A stretch of DNA of 64,000 nt. It comes from Octopus vulgaris. Taxonomy: Eukaryota. The notes under the pieces were generated by a model. It was not told the DNA's origin. It was given only the letters and a program-made list of their open reading frames with translations, and did not search any database. The stretch spans positions 61,132,001-61,196,000 of the forward strand of contig OX597822.1 of the NCBI GenBank assembly GCA_951406725.2. Direction: 5' to 3'. Position numbers and translations under genes: made by a program. Numbering within the stretch: the first letter of the stretch is position 1; each line of letters opens with the position of its first letter. Of this stretch, positions 40,560 to 54,190 are shown in pieces.

Positions 40560-40700
40560 AAAAAATGAAATAACTTCCTCTCGGTCTGGCCTTGTCTGAC
40601 TCAGACTGAGTCACGTCATCCATCAATTCTTAGAATTCATTCGGCTCAGGCAATTGACCCACCCAACACCAACAGGAAATACATTTTTGAGAAAGAGTGA
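40560..40700. promoter_or_regulatory. candidate intronic enhancer (two AP-1, CRE-like, STAT and ETS motifs)
   Basis: TGACTCA 40597, TGAGTCA 40607, TCACGTCA 40611, TTCTTAGAA 40627, ACAGGAAAT 40672 within about 110 nt. Confidence 0.4.
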
Positions 40701-43366
40701 CTCTCAGATGATGATGCCAATTATCTGATAAGTTGTTTAACCCCAAATAAATCTCTGTAGAGCAGATATATGACCAAAAGGCATTTCAGCCAAGATCCGT
40801 CTGTATTTTTCAGGATTAGAGTATCTAAAATTATAATACTTAGTGTCTTGTCTTTTCAATGACTGTAGGATGATTTGTGAGAGATTTGGCTGATAGTTCT
40901 AGCAACCACGCAGAGGTTCTTTCTTTAGCTTGTGATGATATGCTTTTCTATACTGATTTAATTATTACAACATCGTATTACCATTTCATCCATCCCTCAT
41001 TGTTCCCTACTCCTATATCTGTCCACCATCTTTATTCTTATGTATTCACGCTCTTTTCCCATCACCACAATGGACTTGTTGCTTGGATTTCGTCACCACG
41101 ATATTTATCTCTCTTAGGGGCACCATCTATTCACCCAAGACATCCATGTAAAATGTGAGGTAGCCATGATTTCCCACATAAGTAAACTCATTCCTGCTTC
41201 TTTCATCATACTTATTAAACTTCTCAATACCTTACTTGTAGCAATGACCCTATCTCCTACCCTCTCTCCCAGTTAAGGGAACTTTTTAGTCTTGCGAGTT
41301 ACAAAGCGACTTCATTAGTGTTAATTACCACAGGAAAAAAAAAAAAAAGCACTTCGTACACAGTAAAATGGCTGGTGTTAGGAAGGGTATTCAGCCAGAG
41401 AAACCATACCAAAACTGAGACATTTGTTCCCAAAGAGTGGTCTTTCGACCACTTAGATTAGGTCAAAATGAAAAACGGCCGTAATAATGGTGATCGATGC
41501 TGATGTCGTTATGTTCAGGATTCAAATACTGCTTTAGTCAAAATAGGAAATTATTTGGAGCAATTAGTTTAAACTGGGGTAGAGGTTGCATTCTTCTTGC
41601 AATGAATGCTACAGATTTTTGAAATTTTGTTACTCATCTTTCTAAAGTAATGTGTCACTGACATAAATAACGCCTTTAAAATAAATACATAGTTGTAGAG
41701 TGATTCTTAATTGCCACTTATACGAAGTAATGATTATAGGATAGGCCTAAAAGTTGTAGCAACAGCTGTGTGTAGCAGCAACAACTGGTTCGTCATATAA
41801 TTCAATAGAAGGCGGAGATGGTACTGAAAAATTGAATGTGTAGACAGGGATGTATGGAGAGGGGATTAAGAAAAAATCTCAAATGCTACAAAAATCTTGA
41901 TTTTACTGTCAGTTTTGAGAAACTAAATTAAACATTTTACAGATATACGAGCATAAATATGTATTGCTATATTCAAGTGTGTGTATGTGTGTTTTAATAT
42001 CCCCAGTAATACCTCACTATTTTTTAATATCAACCCTAGGTTTGGGTTCAGTGAACAGTGAGTGGGAAGTTATGAAAGATTACATATAACAAAATAGACA
42101 TGCCTGTATAGTTAAGTAGTTCTCTTCGCAATAACGTGGGCAAGAGTTCGATCACACTGTGCGGTTACTTTAGACAAGTGTCATTGGTAGAAGACACCTT
42201 AAAATTTGAGAAATGAGTGGAAACCCGCCAGATATTTGGTTACTGTTTCTAATAGGTTTTAATAACTACGTAAAAGTCCCCTCGTTTGGATCAACATAGA
42301 TCACTTAATATTAGTTTCAGATTTTGGCACAAGGCCAGCAATTTGGGGTGGGGGAATAAGTATATTACACCGACTCCAGTATTCGTCTGGTACTTTATTT
42401 TATCGATCCCGAAAGGATGAAAGGCAACGTCAACCTCTGCAGAACTTGAACTCAGAACATAAAAGCAGACGAAAATGCGAATATTCATTTTGCCCGGCCT
42501 GCTAACGGTTCTGCCAGCGCACCGCCTTAGATTACTTGATATTAATCACGTGGCAACAAGAACAAAAATAATTAGTAAAAAAAAAAAAAATTAAAATTAA
42601 GGCAAATTACATAAAAATTTGATGAAGATTTAATCTGAGACTAAACAACGAGGAATACATATTGGATACGAATGACTCATACGTGGAAGTGGAATCTCTG
42701 TCGGTTTCTACGAGAAATGTATGTACTATAATGTAATTTTCAGGCCGAAGTGGTATGACGAAGTGACACGGCTGAACCTTCGAATTCCATGTACAATGAG
42801 TGGGGGGGGGGGGTGAACACTCAGTATCGCTACTTTATTACGTAATGATTAAAGGCAAAATTGACTCCGACGGGATTTTAAACTTAAGAGAGCAGAGAAG
42901 CAAAGCAAGAACTGCAATGCTTTTGTTTCCGATCCGATGATTCTAACAACTGCTAATTCCACCGCCTTTATGATGACTCACACACTCATTCATACACCAG
43001 AATAAAAATAAAAATGTGTGAGTCATTTGAGTGTAGATCCATTTAGCTAATGAAACCGAATACACTTTTGTACAAATACATGCACTTGACAAATACAAAA
43101 TTCGAAATTATCAAAAGATAAAATTACGAAAATCATTTTTCAAAAAACAAAATGGAGTACCAAAAAAAAAAAAAACTGCCTCGTTGAAATGAACATTTGT
43201 AACTACTAGTTTCGTTTGTAAAATCGTTCTTTAAAAATGGCTGTTTTTGCGTGAAAGTTTATACACGTACTATAACCCATACACACACACATCATCATCA
43301 GTCATTGTATTTAATTTCAACAACCGCACCCATCCATCTAATTCTATCAAAATGATAAGAGTTTTT

Positions 43367-43412
<46 letters not shown>

Positions 43413-43532
43413 CACACACACAAATATATCATAAGACAGGCAACCGGTCATATCTGAGGATTGTATGTTATATGAAGTTTAGATTCTAAACGGAAACAAA
43501 CGGCAAGATATTATCTATCTATCTATACATAT

Positions 43533-43563
<31 letters not shown>

Positions 43564-46500
43564 AACAGCTTTCACAGCTGTTTGTAACTACGCACTCGTT
43601 TATAAGTTGTAATTCCTATTTCCTTTTAGATTCCTATGACGTTCTATTCCAGATATAACCGGTTGCTTGTCAAACGATATATCCTGCTCAACACACTTAT
43701 AGTAGAAAATCCACCATCAATACGATATATGTAACATAATTGGCTTAAAAACAAAATTTGATATGAGAAGTAGACATAGACATATATTAGTTCCGTCGCT
43801 GGGTCTTTATGTATTTTATTTATTTATTTTTTAGCAGTATCAGATTAAATGTTAGTAATAGTTACGTTTAACGTGTTCATAAATCCTATTCGTCATATTT
43901 CATAGACATTCCTAAATATGCGTGTTTGTAATATACAACAGAACACACCCTTTTGTACAGACTGACATTGTGTACATATCTATACGTATGAATAAATAAT
44001 AATCCACGTATTTTCAATAATGCTTGGAGAGCTATACATTAAAGACTACAACAGATTTTCATTCATTACACGCACCAAGCAAAACCCTAACACATTCATC
44101 ATACACACACGAGAATATACATGACTCATACAGCCACACAAAGAATATTCACAATGTGGGAATGTGATGTAGGTGTGGCTTGACCTTACTCTAAACAACG
44201 AATTTAGATAAATCTATTTTGATTTGATTTGTCTTTGTTAAAACAGACACTTAGTTGTCACCGCTCCTAGTTTTTTTTTTTTTCCGTTTCTTAAATGATA
44301 AAAGTATTTAAAGTTTAGTTTTCAGGTAGGAAATAAGAGAAAAGAATGCAATAAAACAGATGGCTATAAAATAGAATTTGATGGAGAAAAGATAAATTTT
44401 CAGATTAACTCTGAGTATTTTTTTTTTTTTTTTTTTGGTGAAAATCGTGCGGGTGTTAATCTGAAAATTTACCAAATGTTTAAATATCTTTATTTGTCAT
44501 ATCCGACAAGACTAGTTAATTGCCTTGGTTTCTTTTACTAACATCTCTTTTAATAATCAGTCACAAGTTTTTTCTTTTTTTTTTTTTTCTTTGCCTGTTC
44601 ATCTTGCCGCAACTTTTTAACCGATCCTGTTTTGAAAATGTATATTTCTCCACGTAAACACTTGGGTGACGTATCTTTTACACTCTCATTCGAACGGTTA
44701 GAAAATAGCAATCAAATCTCCCTAAAATCACACCCTCACCCTACCTTCTTTAAAATCGAAGGAAAGATATACTGAACAATATAACACATATACATCAAGA
44801 CGGGCATGGTTGGAATTACTTGATCATAAGTCTGTTCGATCAGTTCTGGAGTGGGCCCGAACTACAATATATGCATTTGCACCAATGATCTAAAATTTTA
44901 TGAATCCAGTAAGAATAAAGTATTTTGGTCATGATAGAATCACTTTTGTGGAAATTTTATTTTGCATAACGTACGAAGAAATTGATTTCAAAAGACAAAA
45001 ATTTATTCCAGACTTGTTAGGGAAGTTCAGAATTTTAAGCAAGTTAACTGTGATCGCCCAGGCCTTTGATTATTGTATTTCAGCCACAACCATCAAAAAT
45101 TTTTTCTTTACTAAGAGGGTAGGTGTAATACGAGGTAGATTAGGCTGTTGTTTCTAGCAAGCCGAGTGGCTTCATTATGAACGCCTCGTTAGCTCGATAA
45201 GAATTTCTTATCTTAAAAGAAAAAAAATCTTGGACTTAGCTTTGAATATAAAGATTCTTTTCCTCAAAATTACCAAAAAGTAGAGGATAGGTGACAGAGA
45301 AGGATGAACTTATTACTCATCAATAAATGTATAGAATCCCTAACGATGAATAATCACTATTACTACTAGACAGATTATATCGCCATTCCTAACTGATTTT
45401 GAAGGCTAGCTCGTCGCTCAACCTGCCAGAAATAGCAGTCAATTAAACCCAACTGTATTGAAAATTCAGAGATTCATAACGTATACTACTAAAATACGCA
45501 GTGCCTGCGACGGTTGACACATTTCGCTCGCAACGTCTTTACAGTTACACCAGTGAAGTAAAATAATGAATTAACACGACTCCTCAACCAAATTTTAATC
45601 AAACTACATTCTATCGTCTTAAAATAAATAGGGACACACACTAGATGCGCTGAAAAAGCAGGATGCTCTAGATTGTAAATCCACATTGATCCAGGACATT
45701 GCTGGTGTGGAGCCCCTCTACGTGCTCTTTCATCTAGCTAGAAATAGCAGCCAAATCACTTTAAAAATGTTTTTTTTTTTTTTTGTTAGTCAACAATAAT
45801 TTGAATATAGTTTTGCAGTGCAAGTTCATTAATGAACTATGCTACACTTTTCAGTCGCACCAATGTCTGCTTCAAAATCATCGTATTTTACTTTTGGAAA
45901 AACACAAAGGTTACAGCTGAAAAACCTTCTGAAATACATCTGCTATCGGGGATTATCTGGGATTAAACAGCTGATTTCTCTTGTCTATAGGCCTCAATTG
46001 AATTGACTAGATAGGCACGTTTGGCATCACATCGACAAGTGAAAAAGAGAAATATAAAGAGGGTAGTTATTTATACTAAAGCCATATAACGAAGCCATTA
46101 ACGGTAACTAGAATTCCTTATAAAATCGCAAATTATTTCGTGAGACAAAAGCCGTAATTTCTTCGGATGTGTATGCTTTAAGCATCGTTAATTTCGATTA
46201 GAAAAAAAAAATCCCACCACCGTTCTGTAATTTTTCAAGCCTAATTTGATTTTTTTTTTCTTTCAAGATCTATGTTTTTAACGGTTGCGATAATATTTTT
46301 TTAGAAACTGCATAACTTCTTAGCACAAATCTGAAAAAAGTTTCTGGAAGAAAATTAAACTGAAAAATTACGGAAAAGGTAAGCAAATAAAACTCCAAAT
46401 TTTTTTTCTTTCTTTTTTTGATTGATTATAAACTGCGATGTTTCATTTGAAGAAATGTTGTTTTTTTTTTAACAATAAAATAATTTTTCAGTCTATTCAT

Positions 46501-47002
46501 AAGGACTAGTAAAGTTAATATACCAATTGGGATTTTCGACACAATACAGACGAAATTTTAAACTTTATCACAAATTCACAATTTTGCAAACTGGAAGGGA
46601 GGATATGATCGCTTAAATCGATACCAATACGTTACCTGGCACTTATTTTATCAATTTCAGTGATACACACAAAAAAAAAAAAAAAATCTGGGGGAACACA
46701 CAACGTAATTAAATATTCGGAGCTCAATATATTTCGGTAGTACACAATCGTAATATTTGGGGTGAGGGAGGGTGAAACAAATCGGTAACCTTTGGGATAA
46801 GTGTCTGCATTAAAGCGATTACTGTCAATAAATCGTATTGACTATAACCATTGCAGAGACGAGAAGTAAAGATTAGCAGCATCGTTTGAGATTTAAGTTC
46901 AACATTTCAAAAGTGTCAAAACTAATGAAGAAATTAAAAGTAGTAATTGTTGCATAATAAATTGTCATACATTGTTACTTAATTGTTACATAATTAACTT
47001 AC

Positions 47003-47150
47003 CATAATGGATCTGATGTGTTTTCAGTTGAACAAAAAGTAAAAGAAATTTGAAGAGATTTTTTTCTTTTTTTGTGTGGGAAAATAGCACGGCAGGCGGC
47101 GCTCACACAGATATGAGGTATCTTTCGTGAGGGCGAAGCTGCTTGTAACT
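47003..47150 (-). other. TUBA: gene B proximal first exon (5'UTR plus ATG only; ATG 47005-47003)
   Basis: minus strand gatccattATG|gtaagtt; TATAAAA 28 nt upstream of a CAGTT initiator-like motif; carries the shared UTR hairpin. Confidence 0.85.
47102..47131 (-). promoter_or_regulatory. conserved 5'UTR stem-loop, copy 3
   Basis: minus strand CTCACG-AA-AGATA-CCTCA-TATCT-G-TGTGAG. Confidence 0.7.
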
Positions 47151-47171
47151 GCTGGTGCCGAAAACACTCCG

Positions 47172-47178
47172 TTTTATA
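47172..47178 (-). promoter_or_regulatory. TATA box of gene B proximal promoter
   Basis: minus strand cTATAAAA, 28 nt upstream of the A of GCAGTT. Confidence 0.7.
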
Positions 47179-47893
47179 GTGGAGGAGTTTTCCCCTCTTC
47201 TCTCCTACATATCTCCCCTTCTCTTGTACCGCCTTATGAAATTCTCTCTCTCCCATTTCCTCTGATTTATTTGTAGGCAAATCTTGCTTAAAACTCAGCC
47301 AATATTATATTTCACCCATACTTTCTCATTCGTCCACGATATGTTCGAAACCAACCCCCTCCCAACCAAGCCGACCGCTCCGCCAGCATCTCCTAATTAT
47401 TACCTCACCCACCTCCATTACCTACGATTCTTCATAGGCTTACCTTCTTCCGCTTCAATATTTTTTACACTTATCTCTTACTCTCGCTTGCTTTTCAAGT
47501 ACTTGTCCCTCCGCCACCACCACTACCACCAGCCACTTCTTACCCGCATCTTATCTTGATTAACATGAATATCTAAGTTGAAAAAATAAGATAAAATGAA
47601 TGTAAAAAAAGCTGTTGCTGTTTAGACTATCATTCTAACCACGACCATCCTATCTGAGTTCCCATCCTTCGAAAGTAGGAGTAATTTTAAAAGAAATGCT
47701 GCTATTTTTCACATGAAGTGTCATTGAAGCACCACTGAAGACAGCCTGCTCAGCATGTATCTTAGAGCCTGTTTAGCTTGAGCTCAATATAGAGACACTC
47801 ATCAATTTCACAGTGCTGCTGCGACCAACAACGATTATCTACACTTTAGCTGTAACTATTTATAGCAAAGTGGGTTAGGTTGTTTAAGATTCA

Positions 47894-47965
47894 TTTGACG
47901 AAGTCATTTATAAACGAACACAAATTTAGTTTGACGAAGTTATTTAAAAACGAACACAAATTTAG
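47894..47965. repeat. 36-bp tandem duplication upstream of gene B proximal promoter
   Basis: tttgacgaagt(c/t)attta(t/a)aaacgaacacaaatttag twice. Confidence 0.85.
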
Positions 47966-49899
47966 TTCCTGGATAACTATAATTGATTTGATCATGTTCA
48001 ATAAAGTTGAAAATAGAGAGAAATAGAGAGAAGAGGCAAAGGGAGAATTCCCGCGAATGTTATCGACATTCTATCTAATTCGAGATTTTGAATCGGATCA
48101 TAACGAGGAAATATAAACATTCCAGAATTCATATTATTTTTACAGCTGGATACTCTCCTGCGCAGTAGTTCTACCTACTAGAAATAACAGCTAAACTTCC
48201 CCCAAATCACACCCAGTGGATTATGCGCTGGATTACAGGACAAATAAAGGGCTGGGTGGTTTAAGGTTGACTGGAACGTTGTTGGTTAGGGGTAAACAGC
48301 AACAGCCGCCAAAATAACTGACTTTTTATGGCATTGCTTATCTTTTCTTTAATTTCACCTACTTAAATCTTCTGACATGTTTTTCTTCTCTGTAAGGAAA
48401 ACTAAGTTATTTTAAAATAATATAAATAATATATAAATATATGCATATATACATACATATATGTACATACCTACATATATATGTATATATACATATGCAT
48501 ATATGGGTACAGGACATAAAAAAAAACGTTGAACACAATGAGAAATAAAAACATAGAAACGAACTTTTTTTCGAACAACGAGACCCCCCCCCCCCCCGAG
48601 AAATGAGACATACAACATAAAGAATATTCCCCTTCTTCAGTTGTCCCTGTTTCATCTTCTCCACGTTTAGAAAGCAAGGACAAGACGCAACTTAATTGAA
48701 ACAGTCCTTCCCGCAAAGCAAACTAAATAAAATTTGGGGTTTTTTTGCGGAGGGTGAAAGTGGTAACAAGAACAGGACAGTGAGAACAAAACAGTAAAAA
48801 CAAACGGCGAGGGCTGTTAAGTCGAGACGATAACCCTGGTTTTATTCTGCAAACATTCACATTTTGTCTCATGGTCAGTAATTTGTCGATTACATCGAGC
48901 CTAGTACTTTATTCTATCAACCTCGAAAGGAACAAAGGCAAAGTTGACCGAGGCAGAACATAAACACAGAACATAAAAGAGCCAGAAAAATACTGCAAAG
49001 CATTTTGTACCATGCGTTCTTTATTCTGCAAGTTTGCCCGCCTGGCATCATAATATATGAAAGTGAATTTAAGGTGGCGAGCTGGCAAAACCGTTAGCAC
49101 GCCAAGTAAAATGCTTAGCGGCATTCCATCCGTCTTCAAGTTCTGGGTTCAAAAGTCGCCGGGGTCGACTTTACCTTTCATCCTTTAAAGGTCGATAAAA
49201 TAAGTACCAGTTTAACAATGGGATCAATGTAATCGACTTGGTCCCCTGAAATTTTTGGCCAAGTGCCAAAATTTGAAACCAATATACAAAAATGAAGTTG
49301 TAGATCATAGTTTTGCACCAAGGTGGTAACGGAAATTTTGCCTAGGACTTTTTCTGAATCTTATCAAAAATATTAAAAACTCCAAGCACTGCAGTAGACA
49401 TTGGAAAAGGTTATTGATGAGAAAAATAGTTCATTTCAAGCATTGATGCAAATTAAGTAAAGTATTCTGAAAAATCAGTTTTCTCAGAAAATATTTCTTA
49501 AAAAATGTAAGAGGAAAAGTTTAATTTTAGGTTACACGTTTGTTTGCACATTCATATAATCAATTTGAATGGGCTTTAGATTTGCAACAATTCATGGTGA
49601 GTCGACATTCCCAGACCAACTAGAAATTATCAGCAACTTTAAACCCATTTCCATACACATCCATGAGGTGGGTGTCATCATCGTTGTGGCCAAACTTGTA
49701 ACATTGAGGGTGACTACTTACCAAATCTTCTAGATCAAAACATGTAACTACAACAATAGGCTCTCTCATACATCTTGGATCTTGATCTCCCCAACAAAAA
49801 ATGATAAGTTAACGATGAAATTGGTCATGTGTGACGATGGAGTTATATTGTATTTTTAACAAAACTGAAGATTTTCACCAGAAATAAAATGTGTCCTTT

Positions 49900-50540
49900 T
49901 CGTGCGGTGATGATTAACACGATCTTCGAGAATTTTCTCATTATATTGGGCTACAGATGGATGAAATTGTTGTTTTGCTGAAAGTCCTAATCCGACAACC
50001 CTATGGGCGGTGTGATTCATTGGGCTATTGTTTTGTAGCTCTAGCGGCATCCTTTTGTCGAATCTTTTCTTTATTTGGCTTTCAAATGTGGTGCAAATGT
50101 CGAACAACTGTTGAATGGTTAAGGTTTAGTTGTTCTGCAATTTTCCGAGTCGTTTTGTGCGGATCTACTTCAATAATGGACCTCAATTGGTCGTTGTGAA
50201 TGGCAGAAAGTCGCTAGCAACCCTCCTCCTCTTCAAAGCTCTCATCTCCTCTACGAAATCTTCGGAATCAATGTTGAGCTGGACGTTTGTCGTCGGTCCC
50301 CTGGCCAAATATTCGGTTGATATTGTCAATAGTTTCTGCCATTTTGAAGCCTATTTTGATCTCGTATAAAAATATAGCTCGAATTTGCTTTTTATTCAGC
50401 TTTAATCTGACATAAAACAATAGATAAATTTGCATTTCGAAATGGTGTATAACATACACAAAAATTTATTCTAAAATAAGCATTCAAGTTTAAAATTTAT
50501 TAAAAAAAAAGAAAACCACAGAAATATTTTCTGCATCAAT
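49900..50540 (-). mobile_element. mariner transposase remnant (Hsmar1-like N-terminus)
   Basis: KKQIRAIFLYEIKIG.KMAET..NIN..FG motif on minus strand. Confidence 0.75.
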
Positions 50541-50905
50541 TTAATATCGTTCCTTCTTCTTCACCCTGTAGAAAATCATACTATGCACATCCACGTGTTT
50601 AAGTCAACCATGGCCTAGTATCAGGCCTATCAGCGATGAAGATTCCAGTTCCCACCCAGATGGTGTAATCTTTGAAGACTACATAGTTTAATGTAGCCTT
50701 GCTTTCAATACTGTAGGATGTGATTTGAGAGAAAGATATGGCTACTCATTCTATCAGTCAAGTGATCGCGTTCAGGAATCGCTTTTTTTAATTTAACAGC
50801 AGGCATTGCTGCTGTAGGGGGAGTGGAATACGATTTTTAGAAATCTGTATAGGATGCAGATTTTTTTTTTCTAGATTTTAAGATAAGTACACAGTTTTAT
50901 TGGTC

Positions 50906-50963
<58 letters not shown>

Positions 50964-51604
50964 AATTGAAGGAATGCAGTATTTAGACTAAATTATTAAA
51001 TTATAGTTTTGTCACACCAAGTACGGGCTAAAAAGTCAGCTCCTTGTTTTCAGCCACACTTGTAGCCATCTTCAGAGTATTGCAGTTAAGGAAAAAGAAG
51101 TTCGTTGCATGAATGAGCAACCATCGATTAAGAGTTGTTTTGCTATATTTTATATGCTTGTTTTATATGCCTGGCTCATAAGGGCCGGTTTCTCGGTTTC
51201 ATTGGCGTATAGGTTCCCCACCTGGACGGAACGCCGATCTGTCGCAGGTGAGCTCCTTGATGCAGGAGGAAAGAGTGTGAGAAAGTTGTGGCGAAAGAGT
51301 CAGCAGAAGTCTGCCATTACCCTCTGCCGGAGCCGTGTGGAGCTTAGGTGTTTCGCGCATAAACACACGTCGCCCGGTCTGAGATTCGAACCCGCGATTC
51401 CTCGACCGCGAGTCCGCTTCTCTAACCACTAAGCCATGTTCCTCCAATTATATGATATCATTTTTCTTTGTAGCCTTTGACTGAAAATGGATTCTCTTCG
51501 ACAAACTACGACATTCCGAGCAGTAAGATGAACTGAGGCGAAACACCAAAACACTTTTCCAAACCGAAAGTACGTCAAATGGATGTTACGGCCATTGCTT
51601 GGAG

Positions 51605-52400
51605 CCAATCGATTAGATCGACCCCAGTACGCAACTGGTACTTAAATTATCGACTCCCGGTGGAATTTGAGCTCAGAACGTAAAGACAGGCGAAAGACCT
51701 ATTTCTTTACTACCCACAAGGGGCTAAACACAGAGGAGACGAACAAGGACAAACAAACAGATTAAGTCGATTATATCGACCCCAGTGCGTAACTGGTACT
51801 CATTTAATCGACCCCGAAAGGATGAAAGGCAAAGTCGACCTCGGTGGAATTTGAACTCAGAACGTAGCGGCGGACGAAAGACCGTTAAGCATTTCACTCG
51901 GCGTACTAACGTTTCTGCCAGCTCGCCGCCTTAAACTCATTGCAAAATTACAAATACTGCATGGCAGCGAGCTGGCAGAACTGTTAGCACGCGGCACACC
52001 GGGCAGAATGCTTAGCCGCATTTCGTCCGTCTACGTTCTGGGATCAAATTTGGCCGAGGTCGACTTAGCCTTTCACATTTTTCGAGGTCGATGAAATAAG
52101 TACCAAATGAGCACTGGGGTCAATGTAATCGATTAATCCTGTTCCCTGAAATTGCTGGCCTTGTGCCAGAATTTGAAACCAATATTGTGAAGCAGCAAGC
52201 TGGCAGAATCGTTAGCACGGAAAAGGCTTAGTCGCATTTCGTCCGTCTTTAGTTCTGGGATCAAATTTTGCCGAGGTCGACTTTGCCTCTCATCCTTCTG
52301 GAGTCGATAAAGTAAGTACCAGTTGAATACTGTTGTCGATGTAATCGACTTAGCCCTTACACCAAAACTGCTGGACCTGTGCCAAAATTTGAAACCAATA
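51605..52400. mobile_element. cluster of Nin/Deu-type SINEs in both orientations
   Basis: dimeric copy on - (51605-51932), two copies on + (51960-52185, 52190-52400). Confidence 0.8.
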
Positions 52401-52829
52401 ATTTCCTTCTTTGCAGGCTTTTATATCCTTGGGATACACGTTAGATATATAATTTAACGATGCGGTGGTTAAATCAATGTGTTCGTATGACGTACTTCGC
52501 ATGACTACCAAAACACTCAATTTCTTTTATTGGCCACACAGGGCCCAACACAGGAGAGACGTCACAAGGACAGACAAGCGAACACACACACACTGTGATT
52601 ATAATGAAATGACAAATGTAATGAAATGAAGGAAAATTTTTGAATTCTTACAGAAAGCGAGATAATAATTAAAAATTCCATATTTTATACATTTTTTACA
52701 TCACCGGGTTAATTCACCCACCGCTATTATCCGACGTATCCCCCTTGGATGGCTGCAATTAGTCATTTCCATTCATTCGCAACTTTCTTACTACGTTCGT
52801 TCATCTACCAATCGTACTACGCGACAGAA

Positions 52830-54190
52830 ATTTTACCCACCCGCTCTAAGGTGTAGCACATGAGGTGGAGATTGTCGTATATCGCCCTGCCAGGGATGGC
52901 CCATGTTAGCGCTTCCCCAACAAGACTGCCTACGACCCGCGCTTGCCTCTTTGCCAGCACATTGGCCAAAATCTTTACCTATGTGTTTAACAGTTATGGG
53001 CCTAAAGTTACTAATAATGTCCCTCTTGCTTGGATTCTTTCTGATCAGCGTCACCCCCACCCCCCATTCCGGCTCGCAGCCTTTGGAATTCTCCCATTCT
53101 GCTGCCAGTTGGTATAGACGCTGGCCAGTAGGTGCCCGAACAAATCTGGCATACTTTTGAAAAACTCTTAGGGTAGACCATCAAGTCCCGGCGACAGTCC
53201 CTCTATGACCTTAGCCGTGATCGATCCTTCACAGCACTCAACCTCTCGTACCGAGAGACGCGGGCCACCAGCCAGGAAGTCCCGAAGGGGCTCACCATGG
53301 TCCAGCGCCTCACTCCTCCCTTACTCGGCAAAGTGCTTGTAAAGGATCTTACACATCTCATCTTGTCCTTCGATCAAACGCTCCTGTCCATCGACCAAAG
53401 ACCCAAGTGTGGCATCATTGCAACAGTAATTTCCTCGCAGCCCAATGTACGCACTTTAGTCCGAACTCTACATCCCTCGTGTTTGGCTTTGAGGTGTCGG
53501 TCCAAGGCCGATCTTGCTGTCAAAACTTGGGATGCAGAGCCCATCCTTAATGCCTCTTCTAAATCCTTGACTAGATTCCCTTCTATTCTAGCCTTATCTA
53601 AACTTAGCTACTGGCTAAATCTAATCGACTCAAGTCGAATGGCTCGTTTGAGGGTAAACCACCACCTGTTATTTAACACGTTGCCGGTTAATGCTCTCAT
53701 GACTAACTCCTTAATCTGACTACGGTATGCCTCACAAGACAAAATAGTCATGTTTAGCTTCTAGTAGCCAGATCCCTGTCTATGTACTCTATCTATGTTC
53801 ATCCTACACGTCACTGGCCTGTGATCCGTGTAGGAGACCAGAACAAGCTGTGGACAACTAAAACTAGACTTATCTCGAGTACGAATTATTATTCTATCTA
53901 TATAAGACCTGAACGACTTGTCGCCATTACTCCAGAACGACCAGCCCATCTTCTGGGTCTACAAAGATTGTACTTGCCTGCAGAGCCAAGCTTTTACGGA
54001 GCAAAACTACTACCCTCCTCGACCTCCGGTCTAGTTAGGAGACATGATTTTCTCATAGCCATTCAGGAGAGCCGAGAAGGTTTGTAGTCTGTCCAGCTTG
54101 ATCTCTGTAGCAACAATCACATCTATGCTATGAGACCTGAGGTCGTCGCAAAAACAAGCTTGCTTCTACTTCAGGAACTCAGGTACAGTC
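52830..54190 (-). mobile_element. L1/Tx1-like LINE ORF2 fragment (APE endonuclease and start of RT), degenerate
   Basis: minus strand YIDRII, YTDHRPV, GSGY*KLN, SPGLDGLP, TLIRK...NFRPIT remnants with stops and frameshifts. Confidence 0.8.
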
